From Deltaproteobacteria bacterium (GTDB taxonomy: Bacteria > Desulfobacterota > GWC2-55-46): a DNA stretch of 41,028 bases. The stretch is from the NCBI GenBank assembly GCA_016234955.1, contig JACRNN010000077.1:1-41028 (forward strand), read 5' to 3'. Under the pieces are notes generated by a model. That model was not told the DNA's origin, did not search any database, and worked only from the letters and a program-made list of their open reading frames with translations. The position numbers were made by a program, and so were the translations under genes. Below are positions 1 through 7,708 of this stretch, one piece after another (the stretch's first letter is position 1; each line of letters opens with the position of its first letter).

Positions 1-1
1 C

Positions 2-580
2 CTGGGCATCCAGCTCGAGAACAGGACGACCGACTACAACCGCTTCCAGGAAAAGATGCTCAAGGGGAACTTCCAGTTCTTCTGCTGGGGGTGGAACGCC
101 GATTACCCGGACCCCGAGAACTTCCTCTTCCTCCTCGCGGGGGCCAACAGCAAGGTGTCTTCCCAGGGCGAGAACGTCTCCAACTACAGCTCCCCGGAGT
201 TCGACCGGCTCTTCAAGGTCATGGAGAACATGGACAACTCCCCGGAGCGCCTCAAGGTCATAAGGGAGATGCTCTCTATAGCGCAGAGGGACGCGCCCTG
301 GGTCTGGGGGTATCACCCCGTGGCGTTCACCCTGTTGCACGACTGGGTAGGCAACGTCAAATCAAACGCCATGGCCAACAACACGATGAAGTACCTTCGG
401 ATAGACGCAAATCCGAGGGAGAGGCAAAGAGAGGCGTGGAACAGGCCCGATCTCCGGCCGATATGGGCGATAGCGATAGTCCTCGTCCTCGGCTCCATAC
501 CGGCGATAATCTCCGTCATAAGGAAGAGGGCCGGCAGGCGCAGGCGATTCTCCGGCCCGACGGGGCCGGGACAAAGGTAA
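2..580 (+). CDS. ABC transporter substrate-binding protein, family 5 (peptide/nickel/glutathione type), C-terminal fragment; 5' end lies outside the window
   Basis: The frame is open from nt 2 into the listed ATG at 56. It carries the motif GWNADYPDPENFL typical of family-5 SBPs and is followed directly by two permeases and the ATPase. It ends with the hydrophobic helix IWAIAIVLVLGSIPAIISVI plus an RKRAGRRRR tail. Confidence 0.75.
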   Translation: MGIQLENRTTDYNRFQEKMLKGNFQFFCWGWNADYPDPENFLFLLAGANSKVSSQGENVSNYSSPEFDRLFKVMENMDNSPERLKVIREMLSIAQRDAPWVWGYHPVAFTLLHDWVGNVKSNAMANNTMKYLRIDANPRERQREAWNRPDLRPIWAIAIVLVLGSIPAIISVIRKRAGRRRRFSGPTGPGQR

Positions 581-586
581 CGACAG

Positions 587-1567
587 ATGCTCTCATACAT
601 AATAAGGCGCATACTCTACGCAATACCGATCATCATCGGCGTGAACGTGCTGACCGCGCTCCTATTTTTCTACGTGAACACGCCTGACGACATGGCGAGG
701 AAGATACTCGGGGAGAAGAACGTCACGCCAGCGGCCATAGAGAACTGGAAGAGGGACCACGGCTACGGCCTGCCCTCTTTCATAAACGCGAAGGAGCGCG
801 GGGCGGCAAGGCTCACCCAGACCATATTCTTCCAGAAGTCCGTCCCGCTCCTGTGGCTCGACTTCGGGAGGTCGGACAGGAACAACATAGACATAGGGAG
901 CGAGATACGCACGAGGATGTGGGCGAGCCTCGCCATAAGCCTGCCGACCTTCGCGCTCGGGGTCTTTGTGGAGATAGTCTTCGCGATGGCGCTTGCGTAC
1001 TTCAGGGGCACGTACCTCGACCTCTGGGGCGTCGTGCTCGGGGTTGTGATGATGTCGGTCTCCGCGCTCTTTTACATCATCGGCGGGCAGTACCTCCTCG
1101 GCAAGGAGTTGAAGCTCTTCCCCATATCGGGCTACGACCACGGGATATATTCGATGAAGTTCCTTGTTCTGCCGGTGGTCATCGGGGTCTTGAGCTCGGT
1201 GGGCGTGGGCATCCGGTTCTACAGGACCGTGTTCCTCGAGGAGACCGGCAAGGACTACATACGCACGGCCAGGGCCAAGGGCCTGTCCGAAGGCGCGGTG
1301 CTCTTCAAGCACGCGCTGAAGAACGCCATGATACCGATATTGACGAACGTCGTGGTCTCCATCCCGTTCCTCTTCTACGGGTCCCTCCTTATGGAGACGT
1401 TCTTCGCCATACCGGGGCTCGGGAGCTTCACAATAGACGCCATACAGTCCCAGGACTTCGCCATAGTGAGGTCGATGGTCTACCTCGGCTCTCTCCTGTA
1501 CATAGCCGGGCTCATACTGACGGACATAAGCTACACCCTCGTGGACCCGAGGATCAGGTTCGAGTAA
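587..1567 (+). CDS. ABC transporter permease, DppB/OppB/GsiC-like
   Basis: 326 aa with multiple hydrophobic spans and the BPD_transp_1 EAA-type loop (DYIRTARAKGLSEGAVLFKHALKNA). ATG lies 7 nt after the SBP stop. Confidence 0.9.
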   Translation: MLSYIIRRILYAIPIIIGVNVLTALLFFYVNTPDDMARKILGEKNVTPAAIENWKRDHGYGLPSFINAKERGAARLTQTIFFQKSVPLLWLDFGRSDRNNIDIGSEIRTRMWASLAISLPTFALGVFVEIVFAMALAYFRGTYLDLWGVVLGVVMMSVSALFYIIGGQYLLGKELKLFPISGYDHGIYSMKFLVLPVVIGVLSSVGVGIRFYRTVFLEETGKDYIRTARAKGLSEGAVLFKHALKNAMIPILTNVVVSIPFLFYGSLLMETFFAIPGLGSFTIDAIQSQDFAIVRSMVYLGSLLYIAGLILTDISYTLVDPRIRFE

Positions 1568-1641
1568 ACCAACGGCCGCGGGCCGTGAAAGGATAGAGGG
1601 CGGAGGGCGCGGGCGCGCCCCGCCCCCACAGTACCCCGGAC

Positions 1642-2814
1642 ATGCCGGTAATCCTATCAACAGACCTCATAGTCTACTTCCTCGTCGCGATGATAGTATA
1701 CTTCTCCGTCGGCGTAAGGAGGGAAGGGACCCTCAGAACGGCCTGGCATGAGCTTAAAAGGAACAGGCTCGCCATGGTCTCGATGGCTATACTCGCCGCA
1801 TACCTCGGCGTGGCGCTCCTTGACAGCATACGCTACAGGGACGCCGTTGTTGACGCCGACGGCGCGGCGGTGAGATCGGCCCAGGGCTCGGCCGTATACA
1901 GCCCGCAGGCATTGAGCCTGCTTGACAGGGCGTTCGCCGGCTCAAGGCTCAATACCGAGAAGACCTACTCGGCCCCGTTCGCCGCCCATCTCTATACGAA
2001 GGAGTCCATCGAGCTTGCCGACGGCACCGTGGTGCGGGGCTTCCAGGAGCTCAAGCGCCCGGGGAGCCACTGGCTCGGCACCGACAAGGTCGGCAACGAC
2101 GTCTTCTTCGCCGCGCTCAAGGGTGTGCGCACCGGCACGGTGATAGGGGCCGGCACCACCATCGTAATAATCCCGTTCGCCATATTCTTCGGCGTCATAG
2201 CCGGGTACTACGGAGGGGCCGTCGACGACGTCGTCCAGTACGTCTACACCACGCTCTCCTCCATCCCAGGGGTGCTCCTCATAGTCGCCTTCATGCTCCT
2301 TTTCGGCGGGGCCGGCTACCAGGGCGGCTTTATCTCCGAAAAGGACCTGGCGGCGGGCGTATTCGTGCCGAACGACAGGCTCTTCTGGCTCTGCCTCATC
2401 CTCGGGATAACCTCGTGGACGGACCTGTGCAGGCTCATAAGGGGGGAGACGCTCAAACTCCGCGAGCTCGAGTACGTGCAGGCGTCAAGGGCCTTCGGGG
2501 TGTCGGGGCTGAGGATACTCTACAGGCACATCGTGCCCAACGTCATGCACCTCGTCCTCATAACGTTCGTCCTCCAGTTCAGCGGCCTCGTGCTCGCCGA
2601 GGCCGTCTTGAGCTATATAGGCATAGGCGTGGGCCCTGAGATGGGGAGTTGGGGCAACATGATAAACACCGCGCGCCTCGAGCTCAGCAGGGAACCCGTG
2701 GTATGGTGGAACCTCCTGGCGGCGTTCGCCTTCATGTTCGCAATCGTGCTCCCGGCCAACATATTCGGGGACGCGGTAAGGGACGCTCTCGACCCGCGCC
2801 TTAGGATGAGGTAA
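1642..2814 (+). CDS. ABC transporter permease, DppC/OppC/GsiD-like, with a long N-terminal extracytoplasmic loop
   Basis: 390 aa with an EAA loop (EYVQASRAFGVSGLRILYRHIVPN) and a C-terminal DALDPRLR motif typical of this permease family. Confidence 0.9.
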   Translation: MPVILSTDLIVYFLVAMIVYFSVGVRREGTLRTAWHELKRNRLAMVSMAILAAYLGVALLDSIRYRDAVVDADGAAVRSAQGSAVYSPQALSLLDRAFAGSRLNTEKTYSAPFAAHLYTKESIELADGTVVRGFQELKRPGSHWLGTDKVGNDVFFAALKGVRTGTVIGAGTTIVIIPFAIFFGVIAGYYGGAVDDVVQYVYTTLSSIPGVLLIVAFMLLFGGAGYQGGFISEKDLAAGVFVPNDRLFWLCLILGITSWTDLCRLIRGETLKLRELEYVQASRAFGVSGLRILYRHIVPNVMHLVLITFVLQFSGLVLAEAVLSYIGIGVGPEMGSWGNMINTARLELSREPVVWWNLLAAFAFMFAIVLPANIFGDAVRDALDPRLRMR

Positions 2815-2830
2815 GGCCACGGGGACGAAA

Positions 2831-2892
2831 AAATAAAACCTCCCCGCGCTCAAAAGCCTCAGGGGCTTCGGAACGTTTAAAAAAGTGAACCT
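2831..2892. repeat. Family B intergenic repeat, one full unit of about 54 bp plus the start of a second
   Basis: AAATAAAACCTCCCCGCGCTCAAAAGCCTCAGGGGCTTCGGAACGTTTAAAAAA aligns by eye with the units at 14626-14768 and with the reverse complement of 40329-40431. Confidence 0.6.
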
Positions 2893-3070
2893 GCTTGGAG
2901 TTGTACTCGATTGTTGTTCTGTTTTTCAGAGGGAACCAGGGGTATTGTGAAGCCGGGCATAAAGAGAGCGAGTGAGCAAGCCTCGTTTTTTTCATTGCGA
3001 GCGAGCTCGAAGCCGGGCGGAGCAATACCCCGACGGCGCGCGGCGGCGCGCAAAAGTTCCTCTTGTAAAA

Positions 3071-3157
3071 GCGCGGCAAGCCGCGGGTATTAGACCCGAG
3101 AGAGAATAAACCGCCCCGCAACCTTTCTATCGGGGTATCCGAAGGAAACATTAAAAC
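3071..3157. repeat. Family C repeat modules (X then Y) immediately upstream of the ATPase start
   Basis: Module X is GCGCGGCAAGCCGCGGGTATTAGACCCGAG. Module Y is AACCGCCCCGCAACCTTTCTATCGGGGTATCCGAAGGAAACATTAAAAC. Both recur at 5029-5124 in swapped order. Confidence 0.6.
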
Positions 3158-5029
3158 ATGCCAGCCCCCGTCATACAGGTAAAAGACCTCAAGACCTACT
3201 TCAAGACCCCCCGCGGCATTGCAAAGGCCGTTGACGGCATATCCTTCGAGGTCCCGGCGGGCGGGACCTTCGCCCTTGTGGGGGAGTCCGGCTGCGGCAA
3301 ATCGATCACCGCCCTATCGGTCATCCAGCTCGTCCCGGAGCCCTCCGGGTATATCGCGGGCGGGGAGATACTCCTGAACGGGACGGACATAATCCCCTTG
3401 AGCGAACGGGAGAAGCGCGGGATCAGGGGCAACAAGGTCTCGATGATATTCCAGGAGCCCATGACATCGCTCAACCCGGTCTTCACGATAGGGGAGCAGA
3501 TAATGGAGACCATAAGGCTCCACCAGAAAAAGGGCAGGGCCGAGAGCCGCGCCGCTGCCGTGGACATGTTCAGGCGCGTGGGCCTGCCGGATCCGGAGAA
3601 CATCCTCCGCGAATACCCGCACAGGCTCTCCGGGGGCATGCGCCAGAGGGTGATGATCGCCATAGCCCTTGCCTGCAGGCCCGACCTCCTCATAGCGGAC
3701 GAGCCGACCACCGCGCTCGACGTCACCATCCAGGCCCAGATAATAGACCTTATAAACGAGCTGAAGGCGTCTATGGGCGCGGCGGTCCTGCTGATAACGC
3801 ACAACCTCGCCCTCGTCTACCGGAACGCCGATACGGTCGGGGTCATGTACGGAGGGCGGATGGCGGAGATGGCCCCGGCAAGGTCGATCTTCAGGGACCC
3901 GCTCCACCCCTACACCATAAAGCTCCTGCGCTCGATGCCGGGACAGGAAAAAAGGGGCTACATGCTCGACACCATAGCCGGGACCGTCCCCCCGGCCACC
4001 TCTTATCCGGATGGTTGCCGCTTCTCCGGGAGGTGCCCGAGGGAGATGCAGGGGTGCGCCGCGATAGCCCCCGCGCTCATCGAGCGGGGGGGCGGGCGCT
4101 ACGTCGCCTGCCACCTCCACGACACGGGGTTCATGGCCGGCTCGCTCTCAAGGCCGCTCAAGCGCGAACCCGAAACCCCGCCGCTCCTGTCCGAGCCGCA
4201 CATATCGAGGGAGACGCTCCTCAAGGTAACGGGGCTCAAGGCCTACTACCCGGTGCGCAAGGGGCTTCTCAAGAGAATTGTCGGGTACGTAAAGGCCGTG
4301 GACGGCGTAGACCTTGAGATAAGGAAAGGCTCTACACTCGCCCTTGTCGGGGAGTCCGGGTGCGGCAAGACCACCGCCGGGAAGGCCATCATACAGCTCA
4401 TCAAGCCGACTGCCGGGGAGATACTCTTCAAGGGCAGGGACCTCTCGAAGCTCCGCCCTGGCGAGCTTAAGAAGGAGCGCTCCCTCATCCAGATAATATT
4501 CCAGGACCCGTACTCCTCGCTCAACCCGAGGCTCATGGTAAAGGATACAATCGAAGAAGGGCTCAAGGCATTAAAGCCGGGGATGACGGGGAAACTCCGC
4601 CGCGAAAAGACGGCCGAGGCGCTCGATAAGGTCGGGCTGACGCCCGATATGATGTACAGGTACCCTCACGAGTTCTCCGGGGGACAGCGCCAGAGGATAG
4701 GGATAGCCAGGGCCCTGGCCGTGGACCCGGAGTTCATCGTATGCGACGAGGCAGTGAGCGCGCTCGACGTCTCTGTCCAGGCACAGATACTGAACCTCCT
4801 CAAATCGATACAGAGGGACTTCGGCCTCTCATTCCTCTTCATAACGCACGACCTCGGAGTGGTGGAGTACGTGGCCGACGAGGTGGCGGTCATGTACAAC
4901 GGCAAGATAGTGGAGCGCGGGGTTACGGGGGATATATTCTCCAGGCCGGAGCACGAATACACAAAAAGGCTTCTCTCGGCCGTGCCGCGGATAGAGGCGG
5001 GGCTTTCGGAGAGGTGGAGACTGCCATGA
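3158..5029 (+). CDS. ABC transporter ATP-binding protein with two fused ATPase domains (OppD-OppF fusion, GsiA-like architecture)
   Basis: 623 aa. Two Walker A motifs (GESGCGKS, GESGCGKT), two signature motifs (LSGGMRQR, FSGGQRQR) and two Walker B motifs (LLIADEPT, FIVCDEAV). Each half ends in an oligopeptide-type C-terminal HPYT/HEYT motif. Confidence 0.92.
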   Translation: MPAPVIQVKDLKTYFKTPRGIAKAVDGISFEVPAGGTFALVGESGCGKSITALSVIQLVPEPSGYIAGGEILLNGTDIIPLSEREKRGIRGNKVSMIFQEPMTSLNPVFTIGEQIMETIRLHQKKGRAESRAAAVDMFRRVGLPDPENILREYPHRLSGGMRQRVMIAIALACRPDLLIADEPTTALDVTIQAQIIDLINELKASMGAAVLLITHNLALVYRNADTVGVMYGGRMAEMAPARSIFRDPLHPYTIKLLRSMPGQEKRGYMLDTIAGTVPPATSYPDGCRFSGRCPREMQGCAAIAPALIERGGGRYVACHLHDTGFMAGSLSRPLKREPETPPLLSEPHISRETLLKVTGLKAYYPVRKGLLKRIVGYVKAVDGVDLEIRKGSTLALVGESGCGKTTAGKAIIQLIKPTAGEILFKGRDLSKLRPGELKKERSLIQIIFQDPYSSLNPRLMVKDTIEEGLKALKPGMTGKLRREKTAEALDKVGLTPDMMYRYPHEFSGGQRQRIGIARALAVDPEFIVCDEAVSALDVSVQAQILNLLKSIQRDFGLSFLFITHDLGVVEYVADEVAVMYNGKIVERGVTGDIFSRPEHEYTKRLLSAVPRIEAGLSERWRLP

Positions 5030-5124
5030 ACCGCCCCGGAGCAGGCTCCGGGGTATTCGAAGGTACCGTCGTCATGGCTTGCGCGGCAAAACGCGGGGAT
5101 TAGACCCCGAAGGAAGCATTAAAC
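5029..5124. repeat. Family C repeat modules (Y then X) in the convergent spacer between the ATPase and rpoZ
   Basis: AACCGCCCCGGAGCAGGCTCCGGGGTATTCGAAGG followed by GCGCGGCAAAACGCGGGGATTAGACCCCGAAGGAAGCATTAAAC. It contains an 8-bp stem hairpin CCCCGGAG-CAGG-CTCCGGGG (5034-5053) that could act as a bidirectional terminator. The last bases overlap the rpoZ stop. Confidence 0.55.
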
Positions 5125-5343
5125 GTTCTGCTCGCCCTTCTTGTGGCCTTTCGCAGACGCGTCCGCAACGGTTACGAGGCCGGAGGCCACCTCCCTCAGC
5201 GCCGTGACTACGACCTTGTTGTCGGTCTTTACAAGCGACGGGGCGCCCTTCAACAATTGCCTCCCCCTCTGCGCGGCGAGATGGACGAGCGCGAACCTGC
5301 TCGGCACCTTTCTCAGACAATCCTCAACCGTGATCCTGGCCAT
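5119..5343 (-). CDS. rpoZ: DNA-directed RNA polymerase subunit omega
   Basis: 74 aa. The N-terminus [30 protein letters not shown] matches the conserved RpoZ signature. A GGAGG RBS lies upstream of the ATG. Confidence 0.93.
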   Translation of the reverse strand: MARITVEDCLRKVPSRFALVHLAAQRGRQLLKGAPSLVKTDNKVVVTALREVASGLVTVADASAKGHKKGEQNV

Positions 5344-5419
5344 CTCTACACCTCCTTATAATACGGCACTGGTAATCCTGGCGAACGCCCGTATTGCCCG
5401 CCGGATGCAACGATTAAAC

Positions 5420-5869
5420 TCACAGGTGCGGCGGTCGTTTCGCCGCATCGTATGGAGCGTCTTGTTGTGCAATCTCTTTTATTCGTTTCAGTTTCTGATT
5501 GAATTTGCCTAACTTAATTTCATGCTCCCAGACTCTGATTACCAGCCACCTTTGCATTTTTAAAACCTTTGTTATTTTCTTGTCTCTATTTTTATTGTTA
5601 TCAATTTTGTTATGCCAGTAATTAACATTGGATGAAGGCATACGGCAATGGCCGGGGCAGCCATGCCAGAAACAACCGTCAATAAACACTGCTATCCTTA
5701 GACGCGGGAAAACAAAATCCGGCTTGCCAGTCAACGGGTAATTGCGACGCCAGCCAGTAATGCCTTTATCCTTAAGAATGGAGATAAACCTAAGTTCAGT
5801 AGATTTAGTGTTTCTTGACTTCACGCTCGCCATGATTCTTGAGCGTTCCGTCCTTGAAAAAGTATCCAC
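5420..5869 (-). CDS. vsr: Very short patch repair endonuclease (Vsr)
   Basis: 149 aa with a GTG start. Motifs RSRIMASVKSRNTKSTE, GKPDFVFPRLRIAVFIDGCFWHGC and WHNKIDNNKNRDKK are typical of the Vsr family. It lies 3 nt downstream of the REase stop. Confidence 0.9.
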   Translation of the reverse strand: MDTFSRTERSRIMASVKSRNTKSTELRFISILKDKGITGWRRNYPLTGKPDFVFPRLRIAVFIDGCFWHGCPGHCRMPSSNVNYWHNKIDNNKNRDKKITKVLKMQRWLVIRVWEHEIKLGKFNQKLKRIKEIAQQDAPYDAAKRPPHL

Positions 5870-5872
5870 TGC

Positions 5873-6610
5873 TCACCTTATGATTTCTATCCAAGATTCA
5901 TCAAACTTTATTGCTTTTAGGATTTCATCTCGGTTTACAACGGGAGGTTTTTTGATTCTGATTGCAAGCCTATCGTCGGGAACGTCCTCGATGATTGTAA
6001 ATTGAGAGCCGTGAGGCTGCCAAGTGAAAATATGTAGATTGCTGTTTTTGATGAATCCTTCTAAATTATTCCTTTCGTTCCATTGCCACCAATAATCTTC
6101 CTCTCGATAGAGAATAGTCTCAAATTCAAATACAGCAGCTTCAAGCAAGTCATCGGATTTTATCAGAACAACAGTTCTGACATGCTTATAAAGCTTGCGG
6201 ATGCCTGCTACCCGTTCGTTCCAAATGGAAAGAATCTTATCACCAAGCTCTTTTGGGTCGGCATCGCTGATTTCTCGGTCGCCGAAAGAATAGATAGGTG
6301 AATTTCTTCCTGAAATGAGTCGAACTTTTGAGACTGTTGATGGTTGTCTATTCTTTACAGTTTTTGCTCCCCATGCTGTTTGCTGGAGAACTATATCATC
6401 CAAGCCGACATTTGAGGGTTTCCATTCCGCGCCGACAAGCCTTGCAAAAATTTCCTCCCAGTCTGGGCCTTCCAGTCTTGCAGTCCCGCGTGACGCGAGT
6501 AAATATACAAGCTCGCGTCCCAAATTAAGAGCAAATTCTTTTGGAAATTTATTTAGAGGATACGGCGGCTTGTATTTCTCTACCGTTCTTAATTTTGGAC
6601 TTTTTGCCAT
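5873..6610 (-). CDS. Putative Type II restriction endonuclease, specificity unknown
   Basis: The call rests on context only: it is sandwiched between a C5-methyltransferase and vsr in the AT-rich islet. No family motif was recognised beyond a possible D...K-type core (GLDDIVLQQTAWGAKTVK). The ATG at 6610 is preferred over the TTG at 6628 used by the ORF track. Confidence 0.55.
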   Translation of the reverse strand: MAKSPKLRTVEKYKPPYPLNKFPKEFALNLGRELVYLLASRGTARLEGPDWEEIFARLVGAEWKPSNVGLDDIVLQQTAWGAKTVKNRQPSTVSKVRLISGRNSPIYSFGDREISDADPKELGDKILSIWNERVAGIRKLYKHVRTVVLIKSDDLLEAAVFEFETILYREEDYWWQWNERNNLEGFIKNSNLHIFTWQPHGSQFTIIEDVPDDRLAIRIKKPPVVNRDEILKAIKFDESWIEIIR

Positions 6611-7658
6611 ATTCTGCCTTTTTTTCAAAAACCCTCATTTGACCATCGATAATTTGATGTTGAAGATCATAATGACTATAATCAATGTCTCCGTTATTCC
6701 AGCCCTGAGCGATGAATAAATTTTTTAAAATTGCTTTAGCTACAGGCACTGGAAGGCTGTTGCCAGCTTGTTTCCGAGTTTGACTGTAATTGCAGACAAT
6801 TTTAAAGCTGTCAGGGAATCCCTGCAAACGCAACATTTCACGCATAGTAAGTCGCCTTTCACCATTAACCAACAAATAATTATATGAAGCCCCAGCGCGC
6901 AAAGCGCAGGAGAATGGATATGCGCTAATGTGCCCCGCCTTATTTTCATGCCATATTGTCGGCTCATTTGTGGGCTTTTGCTTTTTGAGCCGTTTCTTTC
7001 GGATGCGCTCGGAAGCATAGTATTGCTCAGGCACATTTTCTTCCAAAATATCCTTTAACGGAATCATTGAAATGCCGCTTTTCGGCCAATCAAATGAACA
7101 GGCTTTTTTAAACCCAACAATAAAAATGCGCTCTCTTTTTTGGGGAATTCCATAATCTAAAGCATTTAAGACGCGGAAGTCTGCATAATAGCCCAAGTCT
7201 TTTAAAGCTGTCATGATGCGTTTAAGCGTCTTGCCATTATTATGTCCTGCTAATAATTTTACATTTTCCAGCACAAATGCCGTTGGTTTTTTTGCTTCAA
7301 GTATGCGGGCGATCTCAAAGAAAAGAGTGCCGCGAGTGTCATCAAATCCCTTTCTGTGGCCAATTATACTGAATGGCTGACAAGGAAAACCAGCAAGAAG
7401 GACGTCATGATCAGGTATGTCCTCATTTTTAACTGTGGTAATGTCTCCAGCTGGTTTTTCGCCGAAATTCTCTTCATAAGCCTTTTGGCATTTCTCATCA
7501 ATATCGCATGAAAAAACGCACTGCGTAGGAGCGCCTAATTCAGAGGATATATGTTCGGCTGCTATGCGAAAGCCGCCGATACCGCAGAATAAATCAATGT
7601 ATCGAATTACCTTATCGTTTTTACTATTATTATATGGCATGTTGTTATAGCTTACCAT
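6549..7658 (-). CDS. dcm: DNA (cytosine-5)-methyltransferase
   Basis: 369 aa. Canonical C5-MTase motifs: I FCGIGG, IV FPCQPFS, VI ENV, VIII QKRERIFIVG and X GNSLPVPVA. Confidence 0.95.
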   Translation of the reverse strand: MVSYNNMPYNNSKNDKVIRYIDLFCGIGGFRIAAEHISSELGAPTQCVFSCDIDEKCQKAYEENFGEKPAGDITTVKNEDIPDHDVLLAGFPCQPFSIIGHRKGFDDTRGTLFFEIARILEAKKPTAFVLENVKLLAGHNNGKTLKRIMTALKDLGYYADFRVLNALDYGIPQKRERIFIVGFKKACSFDWPKSGISMIPLKDILEENVPEQYYASERIRKKRLKKQKPTNEPTIWHENKAGHISAYPFSCALRAGASYNYLLVNGERRLTMREMLRLQGFPDSFKIVCNYSQTRKQAGNSLPVPVAKAILKNLFIAQGWNNGDIDYSHYDLQHQIIDGQMRVFEKKAEYGKKSKIKNGREIQAAVSSK

Positions 7659-7708
7659 TATCGATGCGGGTTGTTCAATCGTTTTATAATGCCTTTATTT
7701 ATGCAACG

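Larger units (their letters stand above)
5405..7708 (-). mobile_element. Horizontally acquired restriction-modification/Vsr islet inserted between gmk and rpoZ; no recombinase present
   Basis: The gene bodies are markedly AT-rich against GC-rich flanks. Three co-oriented genes (dcm, REase, vsr) interrupt the otherwise conserved gmk-rpoZ adjacency. The 8-bp direct repeat ATGCAACG occurs at 5405-5412 and 7701-7708. Confidence 0.6.

Noticed and set aside
662-1660. Long antisense ORFs opposite well-supported genes. Examples are 662-1660, 3314-4120, 9628-10398, 12721-13452, 14803-15564, 16969-18093, 26879-27778, 34136-35116 and 39682-40335.
   Set aside because: Their translations are Arg/Pro/Gly/His-rich and low in complexity, with no motifs. 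Each lies fully inside a gene on the other strand that has clear family signatures. This is the typical shadow-ORF pattern of GC-rich DNA.
2801-3151. ORFs of 116 aa (minus strand) and 60 aa (plus strand, 2911-3093) inside the ABC operon spacer.
   Set aside because: They are encoded almost wholly by palindromic repeat modules, have low-complexity translations and lack an RBS.
5405-7708. A transposon- or integron-type mobile element carrying the R-M genes.
   Set aside because: No transposase, integrase, attC-like site or terminal inverted repeats were seen. Only an 8-bp direct repeat is present, and it is short enough to be coincidental. The region is therefore reported only as an islet.
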